A stretch of 64,000 nt of DNA from Candidatus Poribacteria bacterium (lineage in GTDB: Bacteria; Poribacteria; WGA-4E; PCPOR2b), in contig OZ220744.1 in assembly GCA_965116925.1 (NCBI GenBank), positions 1,568,001 to 1,632,000 of the forward strand, in the 5' to 3' direction. The notes beneath the pieces were generated by a model. That model searched no databases. It was not told where the DNA came from and worked only from the letters and a program-made list of their open reading frames with translations. The first letter of the stretch is position 1. Each line of letters starts with the position of its first letter. Position numbers and translations under genes: made by a program. This document shows positions 36,541-47,121 of the stretch, piece by piece.

Positions 36541-37729
36541 AGAGGCACGTCAGCGGATGTTAGACACTATTACCGTTTTACCTACAGAAGCACGTGGCAT
36601 TTTAGACAGTCTCGGGGCGATCCTCGCTGAAGATGTGTACGCTAGCGAGAACATACCACCGTTTCACAATTCAGCGATGGACGGCTTTGCTGTAGTTGCC
36701 GAGGATGTGTCAAATGCCTCCAAAGCGGATCCGGTTCAGTTGTCGATTGTTGAGACGATTCAGGCGGGATATGCACCCAAAATCCGTGTCCTGCATGGGA
36801 GTGCTGCGCGCATTATGACAGGCGCGATGATGCCCGAAGGTGCGGATGCCGTTGTGATGCAGGAAGTGACAGAATTGGCAGGGGAGCAGGTTGCAATCTT
36901 TGAGGGTGTGGGAAAAGATGAGAACGTCCGGTTCAGGGGCGAGAGTGTGGAACAGGGTGATCTGGTTATGTCAAAAGGGAAGCAGATACGCCCACAGGAA
37001 ATTGCGATGTTTGCCTCGCTAAACCGATCCAAAGTTGAGGTTTACAAACGTCCGAAAGTCGCGGTGGTTTCCACAGGCGATGAGCTTACGCCCCTTGGGG
37101 AGCCGCTTGCGGCGGGCAAGATTCGGGATAGCAACCGCTACGGTATTTGCGCCCAGATCGAAGAGGCTGGCTGCTATCCTATTGACATGGGAATCGCCCG
37201 TGACGATGAAGCAGAGACGGAGCGGAAGTTCCGCGAAGCATTGGACGGGGCGGACGCCCTCATCACCAGCGGTGGGGTCTCTGTCGGAGAATTCGACGTT
37301 GTCAAAGCGGTACTATCTAAACTTGGTGAGATCAATTTCTGGCGCGTAGCGATGAAGCCGGGAAAGCCACAAGCTTACGGCATTGCTGATGGCAAACCGA
37401 TTTTTGGGCTGCCGGGGAATCCGGTTTCTTCGTTGGTTGTGTTTGAGCTCTTTGTCCGCCCTGCCCTCCTCAAAATGGCGGGACATTCGGAGCTGCTCCG
37501 CCCGACCTTCAGCGCGGTTTTGGAAGAAAATGTTTCCAACAGGGATGGACGTGTCAGTTTTATGCGCTCAGTTATCACCTCACGTGACGGGAAGTATTAC
37601 GCAAAGACAACGGGACCACAAGGTTCGGGCATCCTTCATTCACTTGTCCTAGCTAACGGTTTTATCGTTATTCCAGCAGGCGTGACGATAAATGCGGGTG
37701 AAACGGTAGAGGCGCAATTCATGGGGTAA
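36527..37729 (+). CDS. moeA: Molybdopterin molybdotransferase
   Basis: SAMDGFA, IMTGA, STGDEL, SGGVSVG, MKPGKP, GLPGNPVS; start at MLTVEEAR. Confidence 0.95.
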   Translation: MLTVEEARQRMLDTITVLPTEARGILDSLGAILAEDVYASENIPPFHNSAMDGFAVVAEDVSNASKADPVQLSIVETIQAGYAPKIRVLHGSAARIMTGAMMPEGADAVVMQEVTELAGEQVAIFEGVGKDENVRFRGESVEQGDLVMSKGKQIRPQEIAMFASLNRSKVEVYKRPKVAVVSTGDELTPLGEPLAAGKIRDSNRYGICAQIEEAGCYPIDMGIARDDEAETERKFREALDGADALITSGGVSVGEFDVVKAVLSKLGEINFWRVAMKPGKPQAYGIADGKPIFGLPGNPVSSLVVFELFVRPALLKMAGHSELLRPTFSAVLEENVSNRDGRVSFMRSVITSRDGKYYAKTTGPQGSGILHSLVLANGFIVIPAGVTINAGETVEAQFMG

Positions 37730-37757
37730 GTAGAGAACAACGGTCCTCGTTCTCTGC

Positions 37758-37823
37758 TGGGATCACAATCTAACAGATCGTGCTACAAAAGGTAAGTAGG
37801 GAACAACGATTGTTGTTCCCTAC
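37758..37823. repeat. Hairpin repeats between convergent genes (uninterrupted family E target hairpin plus a GTAG palindrome)
   Basis: GATCACAATCTAACAGATCGTGCTAC; GTAGGGAACAACGATTGTTGTTCCCTAC. Confidence 0.7.
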
Positions 37824-37850
37824 CGCGAAATTGCCGCGAATTGGATTGGA

Positions 37851-38996
37851 TTACCCGTCAATACGGTTTGCTTCAATGTAATCCCAATCGTATTCTATAC
37901 CCAGTCCGGGCTTTTGGGAAACGATGACATTGCCTTCGGAGTCGATTGGATCATCAATGGCTTTCAGATACGGCGGTGGCTCTTCATAATCTACACCGGG
38001 GCGTAGGAGTCCGCGCTCGTAATACCGGCAGGTGGCTTCCGGTGCAGCACATGCGAGATGGACATGAGGAGCACCCGTGCCGTGCAGTTCGCACTGTATG
38101 CCGTAAGCCTGACAGAGATTAATCATCTTCCAGCATCCTGTTATCCCACCGTAGAAGATGTCAATACGCATCATGTCGGACGCGCCTTGTAGTATCCACT
38201 CCGCCCGGCTGAACACGCCGCCCGGTACATGCTCCGGTGAGCAGATGGCGATGTCCAACTCGCGGCAGAGTCGCCGGTACGCTTCAACACGGGTTTCGAT
38301 CATAGGGTGTTCTAACCAGTAGTAATTGAGTTTCTCCAACTCACGCCCTACCCAGATTGCTTCATCCAAGGTATAGACACCAAACGGATCCAGCATCAGG
38401 ACCATGTCATCCCCTACCGCCTCGCGCACCGCTCTGCATACCTCGACATCTTCCTTTGGGAAACCCGGCAGTTGAGGTGCAGGCTCTTCGGTATGGGGAT
38501 TCCAGCAGATGTAGGCGTGGACCTTGTACGCTTTGTAGCCTTTCGCCTTACAAGCTCGTGCATGTTCAGCATAAACTTCGGGACCTCCTAGGTTGGGGAA
38601 CGTACTTGCATAGGCTTTGACTTTATCACGCGCTCCACCTAGCAGCTGGTAGACCGGGACACCTGCCTTGTTGCCTAGCAGATCCCACAGCGCGCAATCA
38701 ACCAGTCCCATTTCATGCTCCGAGGGCCTATGACTGAAAGTGGACATCTGGTCCATCCAGTGCCAGATTTGCTCTCGGTGCAACGGATTTTCTCCCAGAA
38801 TGAGTGGTTTGATAACCCCCTCCATCGTGGCTTTGTCGCCCCCAAGCATATGCCCTTCGACACCTTCGTCAGTCGAGATCTTGGTGATTGCGCCTACACT
38901 ATCCACTTCGTCTCCCCAGATACCATACCCCCACTTGGTAGGGTGGCCTCGGGTCGTTGTCCGAAACTGAATGACCTCTATGTCAGTTATTTTCAT
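37851..38996 (-). CDS. Mandelate racemase/muconate lactonizing enzyme family protein
   Basis: DCALWDL, LLGG, YKVH, LMLD, WLEHP, CELH, PGLG. Confidence 0.9.
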   Translation of the reverse strand: MKITDIEVIQFRTTTRGHPTKWGYGIWGDEVDSVGAITKISTDEGVEGHMLGGDKATMEGVIKPLILGENPLHREQIWHWMDQMSTFSHRPSEHEMGLVDCALWDLLGNKAGVPVYQLLGGARDKVKAYASTFPNLGGPEVYAEHARACKAKGYKAYKVHAYICWNPHTEEPAPQLPGFPKEDVEVCRAVREAVGDDMVLMLDPFGVYTLDEAIWVGRELEKLNYYWLEHPMIETRVEAYRRLCRELDIAICSPEHVPGGVFSRAEWILQGASDMMRIDIFYGGITGCWKMINLCQAYGIQCELHGTGAPHVHLACAAPEATCRYYERGLLRPGVDYEEPPPYLKAIDDPIDSEGNVIVSQKPGLGIEYDWDYIEANRIDG

Positions 38997-39025
38997 GGTT
39001 TTCCTCCTAACAGTAAATTGGTAAT

Positions 39026-39158
39026 TATAGTGGGTTTAGAATTAATGAGACACTCCAAACCGGTGCGGTTACAAACCGCACCTACCGGGCCTGGGGAAAA
39101 TTTGGCAACTGCCCCCACTGGAGACGAAAGTGTCCATTTATTTTTAGAATTCACCATA
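39026..39158. mobile_element. Complete family A MITE; TA duplication inside a family D end
   Basis: TATAGTGGGTTTAGAA / TTTAGAATTCACCATA; flanks rejoin as AAT-TA-AATGACCCTA. Confidence 0.85.
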
Positions 39159-39298
39159 AATGACCCTAAACAGATAAGATAAAAACGATAGATCGAATAT
39201 AGGTTGTATGATATACTGAATACACTCATTTGTCGACAAGAAACTTATCTCAATAAAACCGATAGGTGTGGAATTGACAGTAGAGAAGGAGCTTGAAA

Positions 39299-40324
39299 AT
39301 GGCAAACACAACCCCGCGCTTTTTGACTGCGGAACTTGGTGTAGAACATCTGTTGCAGCAGATGCCATCCCTGCATTTTACCGGAACATCAAAGGCAGAG
39401 TGGCGGGAATGGCGCAAGGCTTTTCGGCGTAAGTTAGTCAAAGATTTGGGTCCGAAACCGGAAGCTATCCCGTTAGAGGTCGAGGTGTTGGAACGGGTAG
39501 AGATGGATGGATACATACGAGAGAAGATTATTTTTAATCCCGATCCCTTCTCTTCTATTCCCGCTTATGTTCTGAGTCCTGAAGGGGCAGGTCCGGACAG
39601 TCGTTGCCCGGCGGTGCTTTGTGCACACGGGCACGGGATTGGAAAAGATCCGCTCGCCGGCATAGGTGAGGATTACCAGAAACAGTTCGCCGTCGAGTTG
39701 ACACGGCAGGGCTTCGTCACAATTGCACCGGACTGGCGCACCTTCGGTGAGCGTAAAGATCGGGATGAATGGGTTCGCCGCCCCGGCCGTGACGGGTGCA
39801 ATGTTGCCTATATGGCATACGGTTACTTTGGGTATCAACTACTCCAACTCCATATCTGTGACGCCCAACGGTGCTTGGACTACCTACAATCGCGACGCGA
39901 TGTAGATGGGAGCCGGCTTGGTTGTATGGGCTGTTCATTCGGTGGAACGATGACAACCTATGTTTCTGCGTTGGATCAACGGATAAAGGCGGCGGTTATT
40001 GTATGCTATCTCAGCACGCTGACCGATGCACTCAACGATCGGGGCCGTGGAAATACTTGCGGTTCTCAGTTTATGTTTGGGCTGCGTGGCCATGGTGATA
40101 TATCAGATGTAGCGGGATTAATTGCACCGCGTCCCTGCATGGCACAGATAGCATCGGACGATACTTGTTTCATCGCGGCAGACGCCAAAAGTGCGTTTAA
40201 TCACATTGAGCAGATTTATGCTGCAGCCGGTTGTCCAGATAACCTTGAGCTGGACTACTTTGAAGGGGGTCATGAGGTTGATGTTGAGCCGGGGCTAGCA
40301 TTTCTCAAGAAACATTTGATGTAA
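39299..40324 (+). CDS. Alpha/beta hydrolase (dienelactone hydrolase-like)
   Basis: HGHG, GCSFGG nucleophile elbow, LIAPRP, GGHE; RBS AAGGAG. Confidence 0.85.
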   Translation: MANTTPRFLTAELGVEHLLQQMPSLHFTGTSKAEWREWRKAFRRKLVKDLGPKPEAIPLEVEVLERVEMDGYIREKIIFNPDPFSSIPAYVLSPEGAGPDSRCPAVLCAHGHGIGKDPLAGIGEDYQKQFAVELTRQGFVTIAPDWRTFGERKDRDEWVRRPGRDGCNVAYMAYGYFGYQLLQLHICDAQRCLDYLQSRRDVDGSRLGCMGCSFGGTMTTYVSALDQRIKAAVIVCYLSTLTDALNDRGRGNTCGSQFMFGLRGHGDISDVAGLIAPRPCMAQIASDDTCFIAADAKSAFNHIEQIYAAAGCPDNLELDYFEGGHEVDVEPGLAFLKKHLM

Positions 40325-40411
40325 AACGATGAGACAAATTTTGTTGTTCCGGGAAACAGTTAATAAGAGTCCCTAATTCTATAGCTGATTCATAGCATAA
40401 TTTAACATTCT

Positions 40412-40513
40412 CAGGGCTTACGCAAATTTAGCACACAAGGGATAGATTTTTGATTTTTAACCCCCTAAATCCCCCTTATCAGGGGGACTTATGAACCCGC
40501 TGCGTAAGTCCTA
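40412..40513. mobile_element. Family C MITE
   Basis: CAGGGCTTACGCA...TGCGTAAGTCCTA; internal TCCCCCTTATCAGGGGGA hairpin; matches 1929-2029. Confidence 0.85.
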
Positions 40514-40531
40514 ATTCATTGAAAGGTTATT

Positions 40532-42151
40532 GTGACGAAGCTGCAAATTCGCCCGATGGTGATTATCATTCGGGATGGTTGGGGGTACAACCCGTACCCG
40601 AAATGGAACAGCACCAACGCTATTCATCTTGCAAAAACGCCGGTTGATGATCGGCTCATGCGGGAATATCCGCATGTGTGTATTCATACGTCCGGCGAAA
40701 ATGTCGGATTACCGACAGGCACAATGGGGAATAGTGAGGTAGGGCACCAAAACATCGGTGCCGGTCGGATTGTCGATCAGGAACTTTTACGAATCAGTAA
40801 AATGGTTCAATCGGGTGAGTTCTCAAAAAACCGATCACTGATCGCTGCCATGGATAATGTCAAAGCACGGGGAACCAATCTACATATCATTGGTTTAGCA
40901 AGCGACGCCGGTGTGCACAGCTCATTAGACCACCTGTATGCTCTGCTTGCATTGGCAAAAGAAACAGGCGTCTCGGCTGACCGTGTTCTGGTTCATAACT
41001 TTAGCGACGGGCGCGACTGCCCGCCCATGAGTGGCATCAACTTCTGTAGGCAGATCGAAGCCGAGATGAAGGAGATTGGTGTTGGACAGATCGCTTCAAT
41101 AGTGGGCCGATACTATGCCATGGACCGTGATGATCATTGGGACCGGGTAGAGAAGGCCTACCGGCTGCTGACCGAGGGCGTGGGAAACCGTGTGCCGGCC
41201 GCGGTGGAAGGATACCAGCACTACTATGACTCCCCCACCAAAGGCAATCAAATCGGGGATGAATTCATTGAACCGACAGTTGTTATTGATAACAAGGGAA
41301 ATCCGTTGCCGCGCATCTCTCACGGCGATGCGGTAATCTTCTACAACTTTCGAGGCGATAGACCGCGCGAACTCTGTAACGCTTTCTGCGCCCCAAAGTT
41401 TCCATTTGAAGCAACGGGTAAAGACGGAGTCGTCCGGAAAATGGGTTTTGAACGCAGAGAGCAATTGGAGATTCAGTTCGTCGCAATGAGTGAGTATGAA
41501 CGAGGGCTTCCAGTAGAAGTTGCAATTCCGAAACCACCCAAGATGTGCAATATTCTGGGAGCGTATGCAAGCGAGCTTGGGTTGGCACAATTTCGTTGTG
41601 CCGAAACAGAGAAATTCCCTCATGTCACCTTTTTCTTTAATGACTACCAAGAGGAGCCATTTGATCGGGAGGATCGACAAATAATTCCGTCGCCGCGCGA
41701 TGTATCAACGTATGATCAGAAACCGGAAATGTCGGCACCAGAAGTTACCGAAGAGATGTTACGCCGGATAGCGTCAGGCAGATATGATCTGTTCATCCTG
41801 AACTACGCAAACGGCGACATGGTCGGTCATACAGGGTCGCTGCCCGCTTCGATTAAAGCGGTGGAATCGGTGGACGTATGTGTAGGGAAGGTGGTTGATG
41901 CGGTAATCGCAAAGGGGGGAGCGTTGATCGTGACTGCCGATCACGGCAACTGTGAGCAGATGATTGATCCCGATACCGGCGGCCCACATACCGCGCATAC
42001 AACATACCCCGTCAATCTCATTGTTGTTGATGATCGCTTCAAGGATTGTCAGTTGAGGACAGATGGCAGACTAGCGGATATTGCTCCGACTGCACTAAAA
42101 TTGCTCGGTTTGGATCAGCCCCCTGAAATGACTGGACAATCGCTGATCTGA
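40532..42151 (+). CDS. gpmI: 2,3-bisphosphoglycerate-independent phosphoglycerate mutase
   Basis: MGNSEVGH, GRYYAMDRD, AETEKFPHVT, DMVGHTG, ADHGN. Confidence 0.96.
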   Translation: MTKLQIRPMVIIIRDGWGYNPYPKWNSTNAIHLAKTPVDDRLMREYPHVCIHTSGENVGLPTGTMGNSEVGHQNIGAGRIVDQELLRISKMVQSGEFSKNRSLIAAMDNVKARGTNLHIIGLASDAGVHSSLDHLYALLALAKETGVSADRVLVHNFSDGRDCPPMSGINFCRQIEAEMKEIGVGQIASIVGRYYAMDRDDHWDRVEKAYRLLTEGVGNRVPAAVEGYQHYYDSPTKGNQIGDEFIEPTVVIDNKGNPLPRISHGDAVIFYNFRGDRPRELCNAFCAPKFPFEATGKDGVVRKMGFERREQLEIQFVAMSEYERGLPVEVAIPKPPKMCNILGAYASELGLAQFRCAETEKFPHVTFFFNDYQEEPFDREDRQIIPSPRDVSTYDQKPEMSAPEVTEEMLRRIASGRYDLFILNYANGDMVGHTGSLPASIKAVESVDVCVGKVVDAVIAKGGALIVTADHGNCEQMIDPDTGGPHTAHTTYPVNLIVVDDRFKDCQLRTDGRLADIAPTALKLLGLDQPPEMTGQSLI

Positions 42152-42201
42152 AAGTCCAACTTAAGACTCTCCCTCCTCTTTTGCGCTTTAATCTCACGAA
42201 A

Positions 42202-43269
42202 ATGATGCACATTCCACTGATAACCACAACTGGACGGACAAACGATAATCCGGGGGATACCTTCATTGGGGTGGGACTGCAATACCTATTTGAACAAGCA
42301 TTGGGCCCTCAGGTGTGGGTGCTGATTGACCGCTTTAGTTCAAAGGGTTTTCGGGATTATGAGGATGTTGTTCGGAGCGCGCCGTTTCTGGTCTATGGCG
42401 GGATGCCGCAATATAACAATTATGACGATTGGAAGCATTGGTATGACGATGCGATGTGGCGCGATTTTATCATTCGGTGGGGATTGAAGATCTTTACAAT
42501 GGCGGGCGGGGCAGGTTTTTCTCATCCGGCTATCAGCGTTGATGTATATGTCGCACATTGCCTGAAGAGTAAAAAAACAGAGCGGATTATTCGCCAACGG
42601 GTTGAACCAAGCCTCTGCTTCACTGTCCGTGATGCGTATGCACATGCCCTGCTGAATGCGCTCGAAATACCGAATAGCTACCTTCCGTGCGCTGCGGCTT
42701 GGGCAAGTAAAATGTGGAATATTGCGCCGGCGCAGCAGAGACCTTACCTCATTCTTGTTCCACCGTCACCACGCCACACACCGAAGCGGATTGGGCGCAG
42801 ACGCATTCCCCGCCGTAATAGGCTCCAACAATTTGCGGATAGCTGGGAGAGCTTCTACACAATGCTTCAACAGAACGGTTACAATGTTCGGGTGCTTTGC
42901 CATGCTCATAGGGAGTATACTGCTCTACGCAATGCTATTCCGCCCGAAGCACTCTGGTTTCACGGAGACCCTTACACGTTGCTGCGACAATACGCTGCCG
43001 CCCATACAGTTGTCTCTGCGCGACTTCATGGCAGCCTTCCTGCCTATGGTATCCCGGGAACGCGGGTACTAAACCTCTCGGTCGATGTGCGGGGTTCCGC
43101 CGTTGAGGTTTTTCCAAAGATATGCAATCTTCGGATCAGCGATGCAACCCCCGGTGTCCTTCTATCGGCGATAGACCAACTCAAGCCTTCGACGCTGGCA
43201 GATCTCCGGGCTCCCGAGAAGGCATATCGGGAGCTAATTCAATTATCGCTACCCAGCAAGATAAAATAA
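42202..43269 (+). CDS. Polysaccharide pyruvyl transferase family protein (start uncertain)
   Basis: NPGD, TVRD and SARLHG motifs. Confidence 0.65.
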   Translation: MMHIPLITTTGRTNDNPGDTFIGVGLQYLFEQALGPQVWVLIDRFSSKGFRDYEDVVRSAPFLVYGGMPQYNNYDDWKHWYDDAMWRDFIIRWGLKIFTMAGGAGFSHPAISVDVYVAHCLKSKKTERIIRQRVEPSLCFTVRDAYAHALLNALEIPNSYLPCAAAWASKMWNIAPAQQRPYLILVPPSPRHTPKRIGRRRIPRRNRLQQFADSWESFYTMLQQNGYNVRVLCHAHREYTALRNAIPPEALWFHGDPYTLLRQYAAAHTVVSARLHGSLPAYGIPGTRVLNLSVDVRGSAVEVFPKICNLRISDATPGVLLSAIDQLKPSTLADLRAPEKAYRELIQLSLPSKIK

Positions 43270-43303
43270 AAAGAGGGACAATTTCTGAACTTGCCCCTCT
43301 TTT
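43269..43303. terminator. Bidirectional intrinsic terminator
   Basis: AAAAGAGGGACAA-loop-TTGCCCCTCTTTT between convergent genes. Confidence 0.65.
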
Positions 43304-43345
43304 ACTTACAATTATTTTTTAAGGATACAAGTTGCCTGACGTTTA

Positions 43346-43786
43346 TTATCCTGTCAAGGAAGCATGCCAATCTGTCCAATCCTCAAGGTTATTGAGGTTC
43401 ACAGCATCCAAGATTGAACCGTCATCGGCAACGTTGGCTGCACCTAAAATAGCTCCACGGGTATCGTCATCGTGATTGTAGCCTGTAATGGCTGCATTCA
43501 ACTCATCGACTGCAGCCTGATCTAGACTCCCACCCTTTTTCTCTATAATCCAGCTTTCAAACTCGGTATAGCTTGGACGGTTCTCGCTGATATATGCCAA
43601 TGTTTCTTCCTTATCGAGGCCAAGTCCATCAAGAACCATCTGATCAAAGCCGGCACCACATGCGGGGTAGTCCGAATGCAGTTGACCTACTGCGTCCAAC
43701 GTGACCTTGCTCCAAAATCTTGGTAGATGAAGGACACCAAGGGGACCAGCAACACCTGAACTAATCGTCGGAATAACTCCTGCCAT
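43346..43786 (-). CDS. DUF5069-like protein
   Basis: HLPRFWSKV...DYP...GFDQMVL...LGL pattern; RBS AAGGAG. Confidence 0.7.
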   Translation of the reverse strand: MAGVIPTISSGVAGPLGVLHLPRFWSKVTLDAVGQLHSDYPACGAGFDQMVLDGLGLDKEETLAYISENRPSYTEFESWIIEKKGGSLDQAAVDELNAAITGYNHDDDTRGAILGAANVADDGSILDAVNLNNLEDWTDWHASLTG

Positions 43787-43914
43787 TTTATTTTCTCCTT
43801 GTCGTCTATAGTATTGATGAAACTACAAGTCCAGCCGATCCGGATTTGTAAGGTAGCCTATTATAGCACACCTTCAGAAAACTGCAAAGTATAAAATCAC
43901 GCCTATTTACAGGA

Positions 43915-45846
43915 TCATTGGTTGCTTCCGTAAATTGCATTGGTGTCAATTTTGGCGAGTCCATCGGCGGTGCCGATCCAAGCAGCCCCTACACCTAAAG
44001 CGATGCAACTAACGATAGGCGTACTGAGCCGACTAGACGGAAAATCAATGGGATCTCGCCATCCCTCTGCGGTTTTAATCCACACACCGCCGTTAGTGGC
44101 AATCCACACTGTATCAGGTTTAACGGCGGTTATCGGCCCTTTGGTAGCAGCGACGTAGATACTCTGATAGGGCACTATATCAACAAAACGAAGGACAGCC
44201 TCCACCGTACTGCTCAGATCGACCTGATGGATTTCGCCGTATCCGTTGGCTTTATCCACGCTATAATTCCAAGTAAAGAAGACTTTATCGGCACTGGCAT
44301 CAAAACTTACAATTTCACTACCGGTTTTCAGGTTGAGGTTGTCAAGGGCCCCAAAGCGTTGCCAAATATCCATGCTTCGATTGTAGACTGCTATGCCGTT
44401 TTGAGAAGTCCCAATCCAAATCCTGTCCGGTGTGACGGCTAGTGCAACAACATCATTGGCAGGTAAACCATCTTTTGCTTTGCTATATCTTTTCCACTCT
44501 CCGGTAGATCGAGAATGACGGGCAACTCCGGCAAAGGTGCCAATCCAAACCTCATCCTTGTCAATTTCAATGTCATATATTGTGTTATCCGGCAGCCCAT
44601 TGCGTATATCGAAAATATCGGGAAATGTCGTAGCCTTGTTATAACGAATTACACCGTAATTTAGCGTCCCAATCCACAATTCCTGACTATCAACCGCGAG
44701 TGCTCGCACATCAATCGGAGTTTCTTCGTCAAAAAGGGTATTGATATGATCGGTTATGTCCGTGATTGGCTGCCAGGTTCCTCCGCTGAAGTCAATTTGT
44801 GCTAATCCTTTTGGTGTGCCGATCCAAAGGGTTGTTCCATCAATGGCAACCGCTTGAATTTGGTTGCTCGGTATCCCGTCAGAGACGGTGTAAATTGTCC
44901 ATGCACTTTCGCTTCGCTTTCTTCGCGCTTCATTTTTTAGCTTGAGATTTGAGGTATATGGGCTAACGGAATTATAGTCGGCAGTTGCGTCCGTGTTCTG
45001 TCGCAACTGCGTGTAAGCGTCACCCCGCGCCATATAAGCATTGGCAAGCCATCGGCTTTCCGGATAATTTTGGATAAAACTCGTTAATGTTTCTACCGCC
45101 ATTTCGGAATTTCCTAGCTTCGAGTGTAGCGATCCGATGAGGTATGAAGCGCGTTCTAAGTGTTGGCTGTCCGGGAAATGTGCCACCGATTCTTGGAGGA
45201 CTTTGAGTCCTTCTTGGAGTTCACTTAACTCATCAGCCAACAGAAAGCCAGCGGTATAGGCTGCTTCGTCCGCACCGTAGCGATCGGGATAGATTCGGAA
45301 TAAAAGCAGGTAGGCACTGACCGCTTTACGGTATTCCTCAGCTGCAAGATAGGCATCGCCCGCCGCTTTAAACTTGTCCTCCATACTGTATGCGTTGGGG
45401 TCAATCTTCACCACGTTTCCAAAATATCTCAGTGCTTCATCGTTGTTTCCTTCCGCTTCAAAGAGACGGGCAAGTTGATAATGGGCATCAGTATATTTAG
45501 GATATTCGTCAATCGCCTTCATAAAACTTGTTTTCGCTCTGTCGTACATATCCAACTGCAAGAAGGTCTGACCGTTAAGAAAGTGTTTTTCAGCTGCCTC
45601 GCTGGGGATGGCACGCACATCGTCAAAGGCTGTGATATAGACGATTTCATGGAAGGGAATTGATAGTCGCTGGTCGTAGACTTCAATCTGGATTGATTTT
45701 TCATCACCGCCCAGCCAACGTCCTTTGAGGTGATCTCCATTTTCGAGATAAATTGAGATGTAGTGTTGTCCATAACCGAAGTGTGCACATAAAAGAACCA
45801 GGACAACCCCGATTAGTATGTGCTTGAAGTTAAATGTATGTTTCAT
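43915..45846 (-). CDS. Secreted TPR + beta-propeller (two-component regulator propeller-like) protein
   Basis: Signal peptide; TPR helices (..YP.S....A.Y..G); repeats GLPxNxI...WIGT. Confidence 0.8.
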   Translation of the reverse strand: MKHTFNFKHILIGVVLVLLCAHFGYGQHYISIYLENGDHLKGRWLGGDEKSIQIEVYDQRLSIPFHEIVYITAFDDVRAIPSEAAEKHFLNGQTFLQLDMYDRAKTSFMKAIDEYPKYTDAHYQLARLFEAEGNNDEALRYFGNVVKIDPNAYSMEDKFKAAGDAYLAAEEYRKAVSAYLLLFRIYPDRYGADEAAYTAGFLLADELSELQEGLKVLQESVAHFPDSQHLERASYLIGSLHSKLGNSEMAVETLTSFIQNYPESRWLANAYMARGDAYTQLRQNTDATADYNSVSPYTSNLKLKNEARRKRSESAWTIYTVSDGIPSNQIQAVAIDGTTLWIGTPKGLAQIDFSGGTWQPITDITDHINTLFDEETPIDVRALAVDSQELWIGTLNYGVIRYNKATTFPDIFDIRNGLPDNTIYDIEIDKDEVWIGTFAGVARHSRSTGEWKRYSKAKDGLPANDVVALAVTPDRIWIGTSQNGIAVYNRSMDIWQRFGALDNLNLKTGSEIVSFDASADKVFFTWNYSVDKANGYGEIHQVDLSSTVEAVLRFVDIVPYQSIYVAATKGPITAVKPDTVWIATNGGVWIKTAEGWRDPIDFPSSRLSTPIVSCIALGVGAAWIGTADGLAKIDTNAIYGSNQ

Positions 45847-45962
45847 GCTTAATTTCCTCGCGGGATTAACGCTATAGTGAATGTACTGCGTTATTTTGTT
45901 TCAGGGTAAATGTGGGATAATACATCTATTGTGACGGGTCTGCTGACAGCAGATCAGCGTAT

Positions 45963-45991
45963 AGTATACAATAGCGATCAACAAGTGTCAA
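45963..45991 (-). promoter_or_regulatory. sigma70-like promoter for the TPR/propeller gene
   Basis: TTGACA-17-TATACT on the minus strand. Confidence 0.65.
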
Positions 45992-46149
45992 GACACCGAA
46001 GTGTACGACTCAAGCTATGCGTAAATGTTTGGAAGCAAGCGTATAATCTATAGACAGCTGATCAACCCTGCAGCATTAATTTTTTTGACAAGCTAGTAAT
46101 GCTCTGGTAATATCTATTAGAGGTTCTTATAACGTCGCTTTGTTTAATG

Positions 46150-46995
46150 CTAACCTTTAATTCTGTAAAATTGTTTTGCGTTATCGTGAAACAGTTTCTG
46201 TCTGTCCGCATCGGTAGCACTCTGCACTGACCACAACAGGGCTTCCACCCACTGTTGGTATTCAGCGGCTAGGGTGCAGACGGGCCAATCGCTGCCGAAC
46301 ATTAGACGATCATAGCCAAACACCGCTACAAGATGCTCAATGTACGGCTTTAGCTCTGCTTTCGTCCAGTTCTGGCTAGCAGTTGTTACGATACCTGAAA
46401 CCTTGCAATGCACGTTATCAAACGATGCCAGTTCACTTATATGGTCAGCCCACGGTTGAAATTGTTTGCCTTTTATATCGGGTCCCCCGCAATGGTTGAC
46501 CGCATGTTGCACATTCGGCGTAGCTTTTACCAAATCGATAGCCGCAGGAAGCTGCTGTGAATTGGCACAGAGATCAAAGGAGAGATTATATCTTTCAAGC
46601 AGTTGTACCCCTTTGATGAGCTCGGGACTTTGATAAAACTGATTATCAGGACGGTGCCAAGCCATACGACGAATTGCAACCACAAGTTCGTACTCAGTCA
46701 ACTGTTTGAGGATTTCCTCGACACTTGATTCTTCAAGTGGAGCAGCTGCAACGATAGCACCAATCATGCCATCTGTTCGCACAATCTGTGCCAACCACTT
46801 GACCTCGTCGACCACGTGTGTGGGTGCTACATCAGCTTCGACATGAACGGATCGGACAACGTTAATCCCCTCGCAGGCGCGACGATAGTCCTCGATTAGA
46901 TACCGTTTGCCAAGGGCATCAAAGTCGTCCAACCAAGGGTAGCTCAGGTTTGAAGTATCCCAGAGATGCTGATGTGTATCAATGATTTTTAGCAT
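46150..46995 (-). CDS. Amidohydrolase 2 family (L-fuconolactonase-like)
   Basis: IDTHQHLW, NHCG, CKVSG, FGSDWPV; RBS AAGGTGG before ATG 46995. Confidence 0.9.
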   Translation of the reverse strand: MLKIIDTHQHLWDTSNLSYPWLDDFDALGKRYLIEDYRRACEGINVVRSVHVEADVAPTHVVDEVKWLAQIVRTDGMIGAIVAAAPLEESSVEEILKQLTEYELVVAIRRMAWHRPDNQFYQSPELIKGVQLLERYNLSFDLCANSQQLPAAIDLVKATPNVQHAVNHCGGPDIKGKQFQPWADHISELASFDNVHCKVSGIVTTASQNWTKAELKPYIEHLVAVFGYDRLMFGSDWPVCTLAAEYQQWVEALLWSVQSATDADRQKLFHDNAKQFYRIKG

Positions 46996-47121
46996 TTGTG
47001 TCCACCTTTTTTGATTGTTCAGGTACTCTAGCCAAGATTTCTGATACAACGTTTAATCGCAATGTAGCCGATAGTGTGTGCGCGAAGTGTGTGTTTTTAA
47101 CCACATCTCCACATAGATGGT

